Assembly (NCBI RefSeq): GCF_964204645.1
Contig: NC_134031.1
Location: 1,612,001 to 1,676,000 of the forward strand
Direction: 5' to 3'
DNA from: Tubulanus polymorphus
Taxonomy: Eukaryota > Animalia > Nemertea
Length of the DNA: 64,000 bases
The translations under genes were made by a program, and so were the position numbers. How positions within the stretch are numbered: the first letter of the stretch is position 1; the number at the start of each line of letters is the position of its first letter. The notes beneath the pieces are model-generated. The model did no database searches and was not told the origin of the DNA. It worked only from the letters and a program-made list of their open reading frames with translations. Below are positions 24,282 to 42,006 of the stretch, in pieces.

Positions 24282-26050
24282 GTCCTCTCACGGGACAGTG
24301 TGTTGAACCGAGTCCTCTCACGTGACATTCTTTGAAACCAGGTCCTCTCACGGAACAGTAAGTTGATTCGGGTCCTCTCACGGGACAGTGTGTTGAATCG
24401 GGTCCTCTCACGGGACAGTATGTTGAATCGGGTCCTCTCACGGGACATTATTTAAAAGCGGGCCCTCTCACGGGACAGTGTGTTGAATCGGGTCCTCTCA
24501 CGGGACAGAGTGTTGAATCGGGCCCTCTCACGTGACATTATTTGAAACCAGGTCCTCTCACGGGACAGTGTGTTGAACCGAGTCCTCTCACGTGACATTC
24601 TTTGAAACCAGGTCCTCTCACGGGACAGTAAGTTGATTCGGGTCCTCTCACGGGACAGTGTGTTGAATCGGGTCCTCTCACGGGACAGTATGTTGAATCG
24701 GGTCCTCTCACGGGACAGTATTTAAAATAGGGTCCACTTACGGGACAGTGTGTTGAATCGGGTCCTCTCACGGGACAGTGTGTTGAACCGGGTCCTCTCA
24801 CGGGACAGTATTTAAAATCGGGTTCCTTCGCGGGACAGTATTTAAAATAGGGTCCTCTCACGGGACAGTGTGTTGATTCGGGTCCTCTCACGGGACAGTG
24901 TGTTGAATCGGGTCCTCTCACGGGACAGTATTTAAAATAGGGTCCTCTAACGGGACAGTATTTAAAATCGGGTCCTCTCACGGGACAGTGTGTTGAACCG
25001 GGTCCTCTCATGTGACATTATTTGAAACCAGGTCCTCTCACGGAACAGTAAGTTGATCCGGGTCCTCTCACGGGACATTATTTGAAACCAGGTCCTCTCA
25101 CGGGACAGTGTGTTGAATCGGGTCCTCTCACGGGACAGTATTTAAAATCGGGTTCCTTCGCGGGACAGTATTTAAAATAGGGTCCTCTCGCGGGACAGTG
25201 TGTTGAATCGGGTCCTCTCACGGGACAGTATTTAAAATCGGGTTCCTTCGCGGGACAGTATTTAAAATAGGGTCCTCTCACGGGACAGTGTGTTGAACCG
25301 GGTCCTCTCACGGGACAGTATTTAAAATCGGGTCCTCTCACGGGACAGTATTTAAAATAGGGTCCTCTCACGGGACAGTGTGTTGAATCGGGTCCTCTCA
25401 CGGGACAGTATTTAAAATAGGGTCCTCTAACGAGACAGTATTCAAAATCGGGTCCTCTCACGGGACAGTGTGTTGAATCGGGCCCTCTCACGTGACATTA
25501 TTTGAAACCAGGTCCTCTCACGGGACAGTAAGTTGATTCGGGTCCTCTCACGGGACAGTGTGTTGAATCGGGTCCTCTCACGGGACAGTATTTAAAATCG
25601 GGTTCCTTCGCGGGACAGTATTTAAAATAGGGCCCTCTCACGGACAGTGTGTTGAATCGGGTCCTCTCACGGGACAGTATTTAAAATCGGGTTCCTTCGC
25701 GGGACAGTATTTAAAATAGGGTCCTCTCACGGGACAGTGTGTTGAATCGGGTCCTCTCACGGACAGTATTTAAAATCGGGTTCCTTCGCGGGACAGTATT
25801 TAAAATAGGGTCCTCTCACGGGACAGTGTGTTGAATCGGGTCCTCTCACGGGACAGTATTTAAAATCGGGTTCCTTCGCGGGACAGTATTTAAAATAGGG
25901 TCCTCTAACGGGGCAGTATTCAAAATCGGGTCCTCTCACGGAACAGTGTGTTTAATCGGGTCCTCTCACGGGACAGTATTTAAAATCGGGTCCTCTCACG
26001 GGACATTGTGTTGAATCGGGACCTCTCACGGGACGGTAACTTGAATCGCG
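24282..26050 (-). repeat. Right subterminal array of the same 30-bp variant repeats, inverted, about 59 units
   Basis: GGGTCCTCTCACGGGACA plus a variable 12-mer; reverse complement of the left array. Confidence 0.95.
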
Positions 26051-26795
26051 GGTTCCCGGCCGTTGTAAAATCCTGCGTGAAAAACGTGCATTCATATCCC
26101 CTATTGTCCCCCTGGCCCTGCAGTAAATTAGAATTTTTCGGTAGGCCCTTATGTATTTATAAATGAAATCAAAATGGAAAATGTAATAATTACAATCGAT
26201 AGTTGAATTTATTTATTCATAATCGTTATAGGCAGAATACATAAGAATATATAAGGGACTCGAAACCGCTAGCATTGGAATCGACGTTTCATGTAAGAAT
26301 TCTACATTTGTCCCGTGAGAGGACCCATGTCCCGTCACAGGCCCGGGTCCTCTCACGGGACGCTGCAGTTTAACTCATATGCTGCCGCCTCGACGTCCAC
26401 ACCGGTACGAAGTTGCAGCTCTGTGCAGTGAGATTGATAATCCTCGTCCAGAGTAAGTGAAATTTGAGAGAACAACTTCAACAACACTAGAGTCTTTTCG
26501 ACTTAACTCGCTTCCAGACCTAATCCTTTTTCACTCGCTGTGTTACACTTACACAGTTAGTTACAGCTACTTTCTTTTTTCTAACCGAACGCCGCAGGAC
26601 TGCTGTGGGCCTGGCCCCTCCTCGGGCCTGCCTGCCTCATCCTCACTTGCCAGCTCTTAGTACACGCAGTATATACAGAGCGCCGTGGTGAACACACCAT
26701 CTTATCCCAGCTACCGAGGCCGCGTACCTTAATTAAACTGCCCAGGATTGTTTAAGACGGCCCCAGGCAGTCTAATCTAGCCAATCAGGGTGTTT

Positions 26796-26935
26796 AGATC
26801 AGAGCCAGGGTTGTGTGGATCAGAGCCAGGGACTGCCGGGGTATGTGGATCAGAGCCAGGGACTGCCGGGGTATGTGGATCAGAGCCAAGGACTGCCGGG
26901 GTATGTGGATCAGAGCCAAGGACTGCTGCGGTGTG
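26796..26935 (+). repeat. 30-bp minisatellite, about 4.5 copies, in the first intron of the RRM gene
   Basis: GATCAGAGCCAGGGACTGCCGGGGTATGTG repeated; unrelated in sequence to the transposon arrays. Confidence 0.85.
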
Positions 26936-26973
26936 ATTTTACATTCATATTTTGTTTGTTAATTTATTTTCAG

Positions 26974-29900
26974 ATGACCCTTGTATTGAATAATGATCAT
27001 TACGGTTGGGCGTACGAGGCGCCCCCTGTCGAGGAAGGCGCTACCCCGTGTTCTCTATGCTACGGTCGTGGAATATCGAAGTTACCGGATCTGACGAGTC
27101 TTCGCCCTCCCAGAGCAATGACTGTACGTACCTATACTACCTAAAGCATTTATCTCAACCGAGAGAGATTTTGTTTAGAAATACTAATTGAGGCGATTGT
27201 TTTTTGCAGCCCGGTCAATCACCGAGTTTAGGTAAGAAACCGAGTCGAGGACGAGGTCGAGCGAAGATTTTAGCCGATGTTGTCCACTCTGTTCAGTCAA
27301 CAGTAAGTAAAAACAAACAATCCCTCTTTACATTTTATAATTGTCCGGAATCAGTTGCGCTGTTTTCCTGTTAAGACTCGATGATTTATACGTATTGGAA
27401 GTGAATGAATTTTTACTCCACTGTCGTCAAACTGAACTGAAAGTTTTCTCTGATTGATCAGATCCCAGATAAGCGCAGTCTTGTGTATTCAATACCCTTT
27501 AAGTATGTGCTGCTAATTCTTTAACCCCTAAACTGTCTCAAATTCCTGAGCTAACTCACTGAGGCCAACTTTAACTCTCCTGTTTAAGATTTCACAATTA
27601 TAGACCTGTTCTACTGGTGTTTCCAATGACTTAATTTGTTACTATAATGGAACCTTGTGGGAAAAAGTGAAATTACTGAATTTAACGGGTATGAGCCAAG
27701 AGAGAACGGCTATCTGTGTAGCCTATCCGCCCCCAGGTCACCATTGACCCCCAAAATTATCTAAAAAATCAGAAACGTATTTCATTGAACACAAAACAAC
27801 ATAATGATTAATTTCAAGCATAAGACCTTGTTTTAGAAGAAAGTGCAACTTCACTAAATTTAATTGGGGGAGCCACTTAGACCTCATTAATTCATCCGTT
27901 AAATGGTTTAAAGGGACTCGCATTAAGATGTGTATTTTGTTAAAGTTGTTAAAAGGTAAAAGAAAAATCATTGACATTTTTTCGCAGAGTAACAAATCTT
28001 TGTCGCGCGGCAGTTCCTGTTCGAGTCTCAATCGCCAACAAATAACAGCTAACAGCACCGGTACTGCAGGTGCCGGCGCTGGCGGTTTTGGAAATAACAC
28101 GGGATTCACCTCGAAAAATGTGGACGTCAAAAAAGACGAACGAAATTCGTCGCAGTCGCCGAATTCACGTCTTCTTCAAGAAAAAGACTTCGCCGATCAG
28201 TTCGAAGATGCAGTTAACGATGAAACTGTTGACAAGAACTTTCTAGTCAAATCTGATGAAATTCCATCCAACTCGCAGATCTGTGATAGTATTTATAGTA
28301 TTGATAGTACGGCTGCTAATTCTATGATTTATCACGCTCCGTCCTCTGATCAAACGGCGTCTGCCGATCGTCGAGTCGTCTCCTCGTCTGCTGGTTGTGA
28401 AAGAGGAGTTTACCCGAAGGCCGTTAACGGAACGAGTCTTTACGATCGATTATGTGAAGAAATTAAGAACAATAAAACGACGACGACGAAATCAAAACGC
28501 GAATCTACGAGAAGCGAAAATAAACGATCGGTGAAAAACTCCGACGTGACTTCGCTCGTCGAGCAGTTGAAACTAGCGGCAGCTGAACGAACGGAAGATG
28601 ACGAAAACGATGACGATCTTGACGACCTTCCGAAAAATGATGAAAAGTGTAGCGATTCTAGTTACGATCGTATTTTAGCCGATCGTAAAGCAACTCCGAA
28701 GTGGCGCCCGTCGAAACAATCCGACGAAATCGTCGCGATGAAAACGGACGAGATATTTTTCGGCGCGAATGAATTCGCGAACGACGACGGATTCGAGGAC
28801 GATCTTTTTTCGCGAAGTCGAAATCGTAATTTATTCTCGAATTCGGCGCCGATTAAAATCGATTGTACGAATCAGTTTCCGGATTTAGGCGCTGATCAGC
28901 GGCAGACGTATTGCGAGCAGACGGAGCCATCCTCCTCATCGGCGTCGATATGGACTCCGAAATCCGTCATCGATTGGAACGACGACATCGATATAAAATT
29001 TGTCTCGTCGAAAAAATCGTCGAAGAAAAATCGCGCCTCAGATAAAACTGAAACAACGACTCAGCAGCAGCCACAGAAGCAGCAGCAGCCGCAGCCTCTC
29101 AGAAAAACATCATCAATCGGCAAGAAGAAACTAGTCGCGATGTCACCTGCAAAAAATCTGGAGAAAAGCAATTCATCCTCGACGGGACAGCAGCAGCAGC
29201 AGCAGCAGCATCCGAAAACGTTCGCAGGTGCGGTAAAAAAAACAGACAATAGCGTCATCGTCAATAGCGATAATAGCGGTAAATCTACAAAAAAATCAGC
29301 AGCCGAACGAAATCCACGAATTCGTATCGATAATTTACCGAGAGGTTGTGAGAAGCAGACGCTTCGAGAATTCTTAGAACAATTCGGACAAATTATCGAT
29401 ATTCACATCGAGAAAAGTGGAAAGTTTGATTCGGCAATCGTTAGGTGAGTTGACTACAGTTTTACCGACAATTATTCGAATTTTAATTTTCTTGCTGCGA
29501 ACAACTTTTTGTACGTATTTCGTCGATACTTTTGATTTGTAAACTTGTAATTACAGTTTAAGTAGTAGTGAAGCTGTCGAATGGGCGTTGTCTTGTTTAC
29601 ACGATTGTGATACATTATTTCCTGGTATGTACTATTACTGTAAGGTGTCTGACCAGGGAGGGAGGTGTCTTCTCGAGTCCTACCTTCCTCGTCTAACTAT
29701 ACCAACTTTTGGTTTCGACTCATTAGTCAAAACAAGAACTGTGCAATTGAGTCCAGATTTAACTTTCAATTAAACCTCTCTAAATTCCAGACCTAGTTCT
29801 AATCTACAGTAGTAGAATAGCTACAATCAAACACGGAGAACAGATAAAACCCACTGTATATAGACTGATAAGTTTTAGAATCAAGAATTCGTTTAATCAA

Positions 29901-30693
29901 AAATTAAAATGACACAACGCAGTGAAGTCTCACTTGATGATGATCACCTGTTGGTGATCTCTAGTGAGTTTGAAATGTCGTGGCGTTTAAATTTTTGATA
30001 GAACAAATTCTTGATTTTAAAACTGCATATAGTAGGTCTTTATCTTTCTAGTACAACAGTGTTGAAATTATGTCATATCGTCGACCTTTTCTATGTGATT
30101 TAATACGATTAATGTTAAATTGTCGTTCGAATGCGTTGAAAGAACTTTATCATGATTGACTTATTATTAGGGTTCTTTATTTTGATAAGTTTTGATAAGT
30201 TAATCTCATTATAGGATAGACCTGTGCAGATCGGTAATGTTTGTGTATCTAATGTAGTGGCATATACAACACACGTAGCATGCACTTGTAAAATTGTGTA
30301 CATAACAAATGAAAAAGAATTGGTTTGAAAAAGTTTTGTCTGAAAAAAAATGCATTTATTTCTTTTTGACAAGCGACAGATCGGAAATAGATCAGTTGTA
30401 CTGTATTTATTTATGTTATGCCTCGAGAATGAACAATTTTGAATTTATTTACTTTTTTGAATTTTGCAATAATAAGCATGTTGTCCGAGATGCAGATAGA
30501 TTTTCATGTTTTGTTTGAAACGAATGTAATAAATCTTTACGTTTTGAAGCCTCTAGAAAATGGGTTCTCTTTTCATTGATATGAAGTTTCTGTGGAATCG
30601 CTGCAGGATTTATAGATTTGTTTAATTTGCGTTTTTTCTTTTGTTATTTCAGACCAACCGCTTCCATTAGCTGTTGTCAAATTGACAAAATGA
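26974..30693 (+). CDS. Uncharacterised, mostly low-complexity protein with a C-terminal RRM
   Basis: Exons 26974-27123, 27210-27302, 27989-29444, about 29557-29624 and 30653-30693 join in frame. RRM-like IRIDNLPRGCEKQTLREFLEQFGQIIDIHI..AIVSLSSSEAVEWALSCLHD. An upstream non-coding exon donor is at 26452/26453. Confidence 0.75.
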
Positions 30694-31659
30694 CGGAGGA
30701 AAGAAAGAAGTGCGTTTTACTTGTGGAGGGGAGGGAGGAGGGTTAGATTTTTTAAGTAATAAAGAATTTTTCATCATTCAGAAGTCGACAATTAATCTCA
30801 GTAGCCTTGTGTTGAATTTATTTTGTGGAGAGGATCATCGTTGAGGATGGACTAAATGTCTACTTGTATTTTCTTGATTGCAACAAACCAAATTCCGAGG
30901 ACTGACGCAGGGCATGCAACTGCTAACAAACCCAAAGTGATATTCCAATAAAAGCCCTAGGGTCCAGGGTAAGTTCATTTCTGAGAAAACGATTTGAGGG
31001 ACCTCGTACATAAAAATCTCGTGGCACCAATTCATGGAGCTGAATCTGGCCCGCCACTCTACTGTCAGAACTTCACCGTTAAGTGCTGCCGCTATCTATT
31101 TCATAAGCGGTAAACACTGGAACTAACTCGATCACCAGATGTTCTTGCTGCGGCATGCGAGCCATTACGGATTCGCCTTACCGGAATGTGCTGCCAGTAG
31201 TCATTGTGGTCGAATGCGACATTAACCCGGAAATAGGGATCTTTTTGTAAAAAAAATTAATAAAATGCGAATTTCGGGTGATTGCATCTTAATCGAACAA
31301 CGTAATTAGCGAATACTATTAGAAGACACTTTTGGATGATTGCATTTAGACGACAAGACATTTCAAAGGTCAGATATGAAGGGATAGAAGGAGTATGCCC
31401 ATTAAATTCAATTATAAATATATTTTATTGAATGCAATGGCTTTTACGACGTTCTTAAATATACGTATTTCGTCCCCTGTGGCTCAAATTATTATTGTTT
31501 ATTTAGGATATTTCAATCACTCATGATTCTAGAATTGTTCCACACTCAGAACATATGAATTTCGGAAATGCCTCTGTTAGATAACTTCTTGGTCGAAACA
31601 ATTGAATAAACATCATATATTTTTCTCGACACAACACTAACAGAGTCAGAGAGGTTAGA

Positions 31660-36530
<4,871 letters not shown>

Positions 36531-37099
36531 TGATGTTGAATGAAGTGATGATAACTAGTCAAACTATAGTCAAACACAGATCTTCACTACACTGACACAT
36601 GTGAAGATTTTCTAGTGTATATTGATTGGTTGACATGCGCATGTTATTACATGCAGGTACATGTTAATGATACACGCGCACATTATTTTCTATTTTACTG
36701 TGGATTATATTCAGATTGTACGATGTTTATTTATGAATGACACGTTGAAATGATGAATTGTTCGTTGTATGAAATAAAACTTACTGTAAATAAGAATGAA
36801 TCTACTCGGATTTGTAAATAAATTCTACCGATGAAATTCATGTTACTGAGTTCAGTTATTTGTTGTATCTGACCGTATTGTACTTGTCTATCGAATAACA
36901 CTTGATTAAAGAGATATGCCCTGTAAAATCTGCATCTTGTGTTTGTTTTTGACGGAATAAAGCGAAGGATGTACAATATTCTCGGAATACGATTGACCAT
37001 TAATGACCTAGGAGCAATCAGCCAAGACCGATCGACAAAAAAAAAAATTCATGCACCTTTCGATGGCAAAATCATCAACTGGTTGAGGTGGCCATAAAT

Positions 37100-37390
37100 T
37101 GGTAGAAGTAGAAGTAGAAAACCTATTCTTCACTTAGGTCACGATTTAGTTATAGTCGGTGGTTCCTATTACGTGGTTTATGTTACGCCATCTATAAACA
37201 TTTCGTAACACTACGGGGTCTAGAAGACGACGTACAAACGCCTGAAGCTCGCCCCAAAGTTCTCGAGCCCCGAGATTTCCCCTCACATCTTCACCCGTCA
37301 AGAGATTCGAACTCACTAATCTAAAGCCGTTTCCCGAACTAAACGAGTTCCGGAGCGATATCAGACCACTTGCAAGCGAGGATGCTCCCC
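37100..37390 (-). mobile_element. Probable tRNA-derived SINE
   Basis: Minus strand shows an A-box-like GCAAGTGGTCT, a B-box GTGAGTTCGAATCTC and a (CTTCTA)n tail at about 37102-37118. Confidence 0.45.
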
Positions 37391-37510
37391 TCGACGTTTT
37401 AAAAGAATTCCGAGTATCAAGTATTCATTATGAATTATTTTATTAAGTAATCAAGCAGTGAATTCTATTGATGGACGTAGAACAAAAATATCATAAATAA
37501 ATTTAAGTAG

Positions 37511-40210
37511 CTAAAGTTCTTCTGATCTAAGAATTTGGAATTGTCGTTTCCTAAGTATTTGTTCTCTAAGTTTCTTCATTTTTTCTCTTCGTTCCTTCAC
37601 CTGTTTTTTGTATTCCCACGTTTCTTCTAGTTTATGAAGACGCGGGGGTGTTGTCGGCTTCGGGTCCTCGGGAATAACAACGTCCCACGATTTGGCGCAA
37701 CGAAATCCGATGTTCTGAGCCGACTCTTCCAATGGAAGCCCTTTCCTTTTTAAAAAGAATGGAAGTGGAAAGAAGACAGTTTTACGAACAATTGACAGCT
37801 GACTAAGACATCAGAATTAATCTAGGCATTTCATCAGAACCGGGTTAAACTGGACGGTCCTGGATTGCTTCGAGTTCAAGTTCAAGTTCAAATTTATTTC
37901 ACGGATAGCATGACTGGCGATGTACAGAGATTGAGGGGAAAACAAACAAACAATAGAATTTACAACTTTTTAAACAAGCGCAATTATAAAAAGAGAGAGA
38001 GAGAGAGAAGTAGCTTTCTGTGCGGGCCAAGCAAGGCCGCTGTTGCAAGCACCCAGTAAAAAAATAAAAACCAAAGGATAATGAAGGGAGAAATGGAAAG
38101 GAAATGAGAGCTTACCTCGTGGACGCCCTGACTGGGTGATTGGCCGTCGTTTCGTGGTGATGATGATGGTCGATATTGTCGACAAAACTTCCGCCTTTCA
38201 ACACTTTACGTAGTTGAAATTTCTCACGAGTTGCACCGTATTCTAAATAGTGATCGTTCGTCCATTCCCAGACGTTACCCACCATGTCGTACATACCTAG
38301 AAATACATCACGAAGTAAGAACTTACAATCTGTTGACAGGGCTGACCGCGAGAGACAGTTTCTTACTGATCGGAGTGAGACTGACCTCTTTCATTCTGTG
38401 GCGGGAATGCGTTCACTGGCGACGTAAACTCGTAACCATCTCCCAACTTATTTTCAGTCGGGAACGTTCCCTGAAAACAGAATTGCATAGAAATTCATTA
38501 CAAGTAGCGGCTACTTTTTCCACTGTTCATTCTTCTACTTTACAGCAGAATTAAACTTATATCAACCTGCCACGTATTCATGCTGCCACGCCTAAACGTA
38601 TCACCCCAGGGGTAGGTCCATTCTAGAAAACAAAATAGTATTTATATTCAGTTCCCCCATTAGAATGCATCTAAAAATTTCAATCTTGGCTTAAGAAGAT
38701 ATTACCTTTAGTACTCGCCCTACAAGCTCTTTCCCATTCGGCTTCAGACGGTAGCCTTTTACCTTTCCATGTACAAAACGCGTGAGCATCGTGGTAACTA
38801 ACATGTGTAACTGGATGATCCAGTCGCGACATTATATCAGAGCCTTCTCCTTCTGGCTAGAAATATCCAATAATTCAGAAAGAAAATAATTAGTTAAAAC
38901 AAACACGCACGCACAAGATGATGTTAGAAATATGAAATGTTTTGGCAGCGAAATGACTTCATCTTGTGATCAAAGTCGTCGTCTTTGAGACGATAAGTTT
39001 GTGGACGGCGACTTTATCCAAACGATGACTTTCACCTTTTAGTTGATAGAATTGGAAATATGAATTGTGGAGACTCGAGAGAAGAGACGACTTCAAAAAT
39101 ATGACGGTTTTCAGACGAACCGAGTTTGGCTGAACTGATCGCCAGAGGTACCATTACCAATGAAATGAATATCATTCCAGGTTTATTTGCATAATCTGTC
39201 GTTTTACGTACCTGGTTCCAGGTTGCTCGTGGTAAATAAACCCACCACGGTTCGCCTTTTTTCAGTTTTTTAGACAATCTATTCACGTCCTTTTGGTCAA
39301 CGCGTCCTCGCAATGCTCTCAGTAACACGTAGCTGTGACCGTTGATTTGGGCGTCAGTTTTGAAGGATGACTTGGCTTTTAGAAATTTTCTGAATTGATA
39401 TGAAATTATAAATTGAACGAAATAACGGAAAAACCGTACATAATAATTGACTATTTTATTTGTATTTAGTAAATATCTTTTTCGTTGCGTTCAAAATATT
39501 TGACTGAACTCACTGAAATTCTTCAACGGTCACCGGATATCGGTCGATTTTAAATGAAGCGACGCGCACCGTTCTCGGTGGATATTCCAAAATCCGTTTG
39601 TATTTCGGGTCGTTTATACCCATTCGGAAATCACCCTCGAAAAAGCGCACCATTCCGCTGAGTTCCCCCTTCGCACCATCTTTGAAATAGAATATTTATC
39701 AGAAATTTATACTGTTAACGCCTTTTCTATAGATTGGGTTTAACTTTGATTAGGTTCGAAGACGTTGGCCAATCAGATTTATCCAACAGAAATATACAGA
39801 TTGGGCGAGCTTCGGATTTCTTGGTTATAGTTGTAACTATAGTGGTCGGAGCTAAAATTCGAACGCTAGTTCCGTGCCATAATGTCGGCCATCTTAGAGC
39901 TAGTTCGGAGTATCTACGCATAAACTAGATAGACTAGTTTACTTTAGTTTAAACGCCCATAAGTTCTAACTGACATTAGGTCTCACTCCTGGTGGACTAA
40001 CTCCGATAACCTAAGTTCGCCCTAGTTGTATATGGAGCCTAATGAGATGAGCCTGGTCGATGCCACGGGTCACGTGGTTCCGCATGATCTTAAAAGTTAA
40101 TGTTTTAGCCACGTTTTTGATCTATTACGAAATGTAAATGTACCGTCTTCATCTGGTCCAGTCAACAGATCTTCTTTTGTTACTTTTTTCCTTTTCACGT
40201 AAATTCGTGC
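37511..40210 (-). CDS. SUMF2: SUMF2-like inactive formylglycine-generating enzyme paralogue; 5' exon(s) unresolved, candidate ATG at 41065
   Basis: [83 protein letters not shown] (no catalytic Cys pair; SUMF2-type ANH..R.STR), NIGFRCAKS. The C-terminus SEEL is an ER-retrieval-like signal. Confidence 0.85.
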
Positions 40211-42006
40211 TGAAAATAAAGAAACGATGCTGCAAGTCAAATTATGATTTGACTTTGAGTTCTGAGGTCTGCAAGGTTTTGTCGGGAGATCACTTCTGAA
40301 AAGATCGGTTATTGCTATTCGCAAAATCACAACAAAATGACAACGATACTGTAAATATAGAAACAATAGGCAGCACAGATAATTTTGTAATATTTTATGG
40401 CTATTAAAATCAATGCTTTCAGAGTTGCTGTATGGAACATGTGTCACTGGCATCTATCATCAGACATCGTACACAGTTGTGTCGTTAAATCTGTTGCGCT
40501 ATCTTCCGCATACATCAAACTTAAATACACAGATCTATGATACTAATGACTATTCTCAAATTACAAAAAAAGTTACAGGTTTTTAATGCATCAAATGAAA
40601 TAGTTTTGAAGAAAGTTTTATTTGTCAGGAAAGAAGGCTTTACAAGTTTAAGACAATTGATCAAGTTGTACTTGACTAAAAACATTGAAATAAATGTGTT
40701 AGATTGAAATCTGATATATGAACATCTAAAATCACGCATTCACGAAACAAGCAAAATTCTTTATTTTCAATAAATATTAATCTAATTTCTATATAATCGT
40801 CTTCGGAAAAAAAATCTTATAGGCTTAATCGCGAATTCATTTCCTCGCAAGCATCTTTTGTAATCCATTTTTTGAGTGCATCATTTTCAATTACGTAGGT
40901 GCATGTTCACGGCAGTTTTAATTAGAATGTTTAGCTTCCCTGCGCTTTGTGTAAAACGTTAATTTTCTTGTATTAAATGCAATTGAAATAAGAAACATTG
41001 CCGGTGAATAATTTGACTTAAACAAAAACAATCTTATTGATACGTACCACTTTCGGCAGATTCATCGAATTTCTTTTTTGCAGAGTGCGATTCTAAAACT
41101 AAAAAAGCGACTATTAAAACGATAGTCCGTATAGTCGAATACAAGGCGGCCATTTTGGATGAGTTGGCCGTTTCTTCTCTAGTGAATCAGTGTGTACCTA
41201 ATGAGAGCTCGGGTACCGGGTGGCGTGTCGTCACTATGGACCCTGTCACAGCTGTCAACGTTGTCACAATTGTGTCTTATTTTTCGGGATGAGCGACACG
41301 TTGCGAAATAATGACGTTGATTTTATAGTCGAGAATTAAAGTCTCTATTCATCGAGGAGAGAGTTAGGCCAGAGAGCGGTTCGGGGATTTGCTTTTTTCA
41401 CATTTTTTGAATTCAAAAATGATGTCGATAGTCAATATTGAAAATATACAATGACGTTGTTGCACTGTCGTCGCTGAAGTTCAAAAGTGGTCTTAATTAA
41501 ATCTTATAAAGACTGGTCTTAAGTTGTTACAGAACTAAGATAGTCTTTAGATTGCGTGGTCTTGTCGAAGTCATGACTGTTCAACTGGCTCAGTGCACTA
41601 CAACTAATGCCTCCCGCTGAGATACACGCGATAATGCTCTGTTTTGAATCAAAAGAAATAAGATGAAAACTTCATGGTATGATTAAAGTTTCTAAACATT
41701 AAACATTAATGCATATACCTACATTTACCATAGATGTTGTTGCTGAGTACAAGAAATATAAACAGATTTATGACGTTACAGTGACAAGCTTTATTGATTC
41801 GGGAAACGTTATATCTCAAACTAAACTTTACACGCAACATTTCTTCCACATTTTTTCTACAAATTAGCAAAAGATATTTCTTAAATGAATCTGTATTTAT
41901 TGGAAGTTGAAATGAAAGTAAACGATGAAACATCATACGATAGAAATTGATGACACATTCAGAAAATTGAGAAATACTAATCAATTCTTTATAGTGTAAA
42001 TATCAT

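Larger units (their letters stand above)
19685..26381 (+). mobile_element. 6697-bp non-autonomous DNA transposon, Zisupton/KDZ-like architecture with foldback-type subterminal arrays
   Basis: Exact 8-bp TSD CTGCCGCC at 19677-19684 and 26382-26389. Inverted repeat GTTAAACTGCAGC(+10 bp on the left)GTCCCGTGAGAGGACC..GGGCCTGTGACGGGACA begins exactly 7 bp inside both ends. Inverted 30-bp arrays and an internal multi-exon gene remnant are present. Superfamily assignment is inference. Confidence 0.85.

Noticed and set aside
20432-25939. Cys/Pro-rich ORFs such as RGPDSTHCPV repeats
   Set aside because: They are translation artefacts of a 30-bp repeat that is open in several frames on both strands, with no supporting gene structure.
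20161-26050. CRISPR-like array (constant box plus variable part)
   Set aside because: The variable parts are only 12-13 bp and recur many times, there are no cas genes, and the context is eukaryotic; these are transposon subterminal repeats.
19693-26373. TTAA-TSD interpretation (piggyBac, Kolobok or Sola3)
   Set aside because: TTAA lies within a longer inverted match (GTTAAACTGCAGC), the termini lack CCC/AG/GAG signatures, and an exact 8-bp duplication is symmetrically placed further out. Not fully excluded without other copies.
37200-37400. RNase P/MRP, vault RNA or tRNA gene
   Set aside because: The conserved P4 motifs and a cloverleaf could not be built; A/B boxes plus a simple-repeat tail fit a SINE better.
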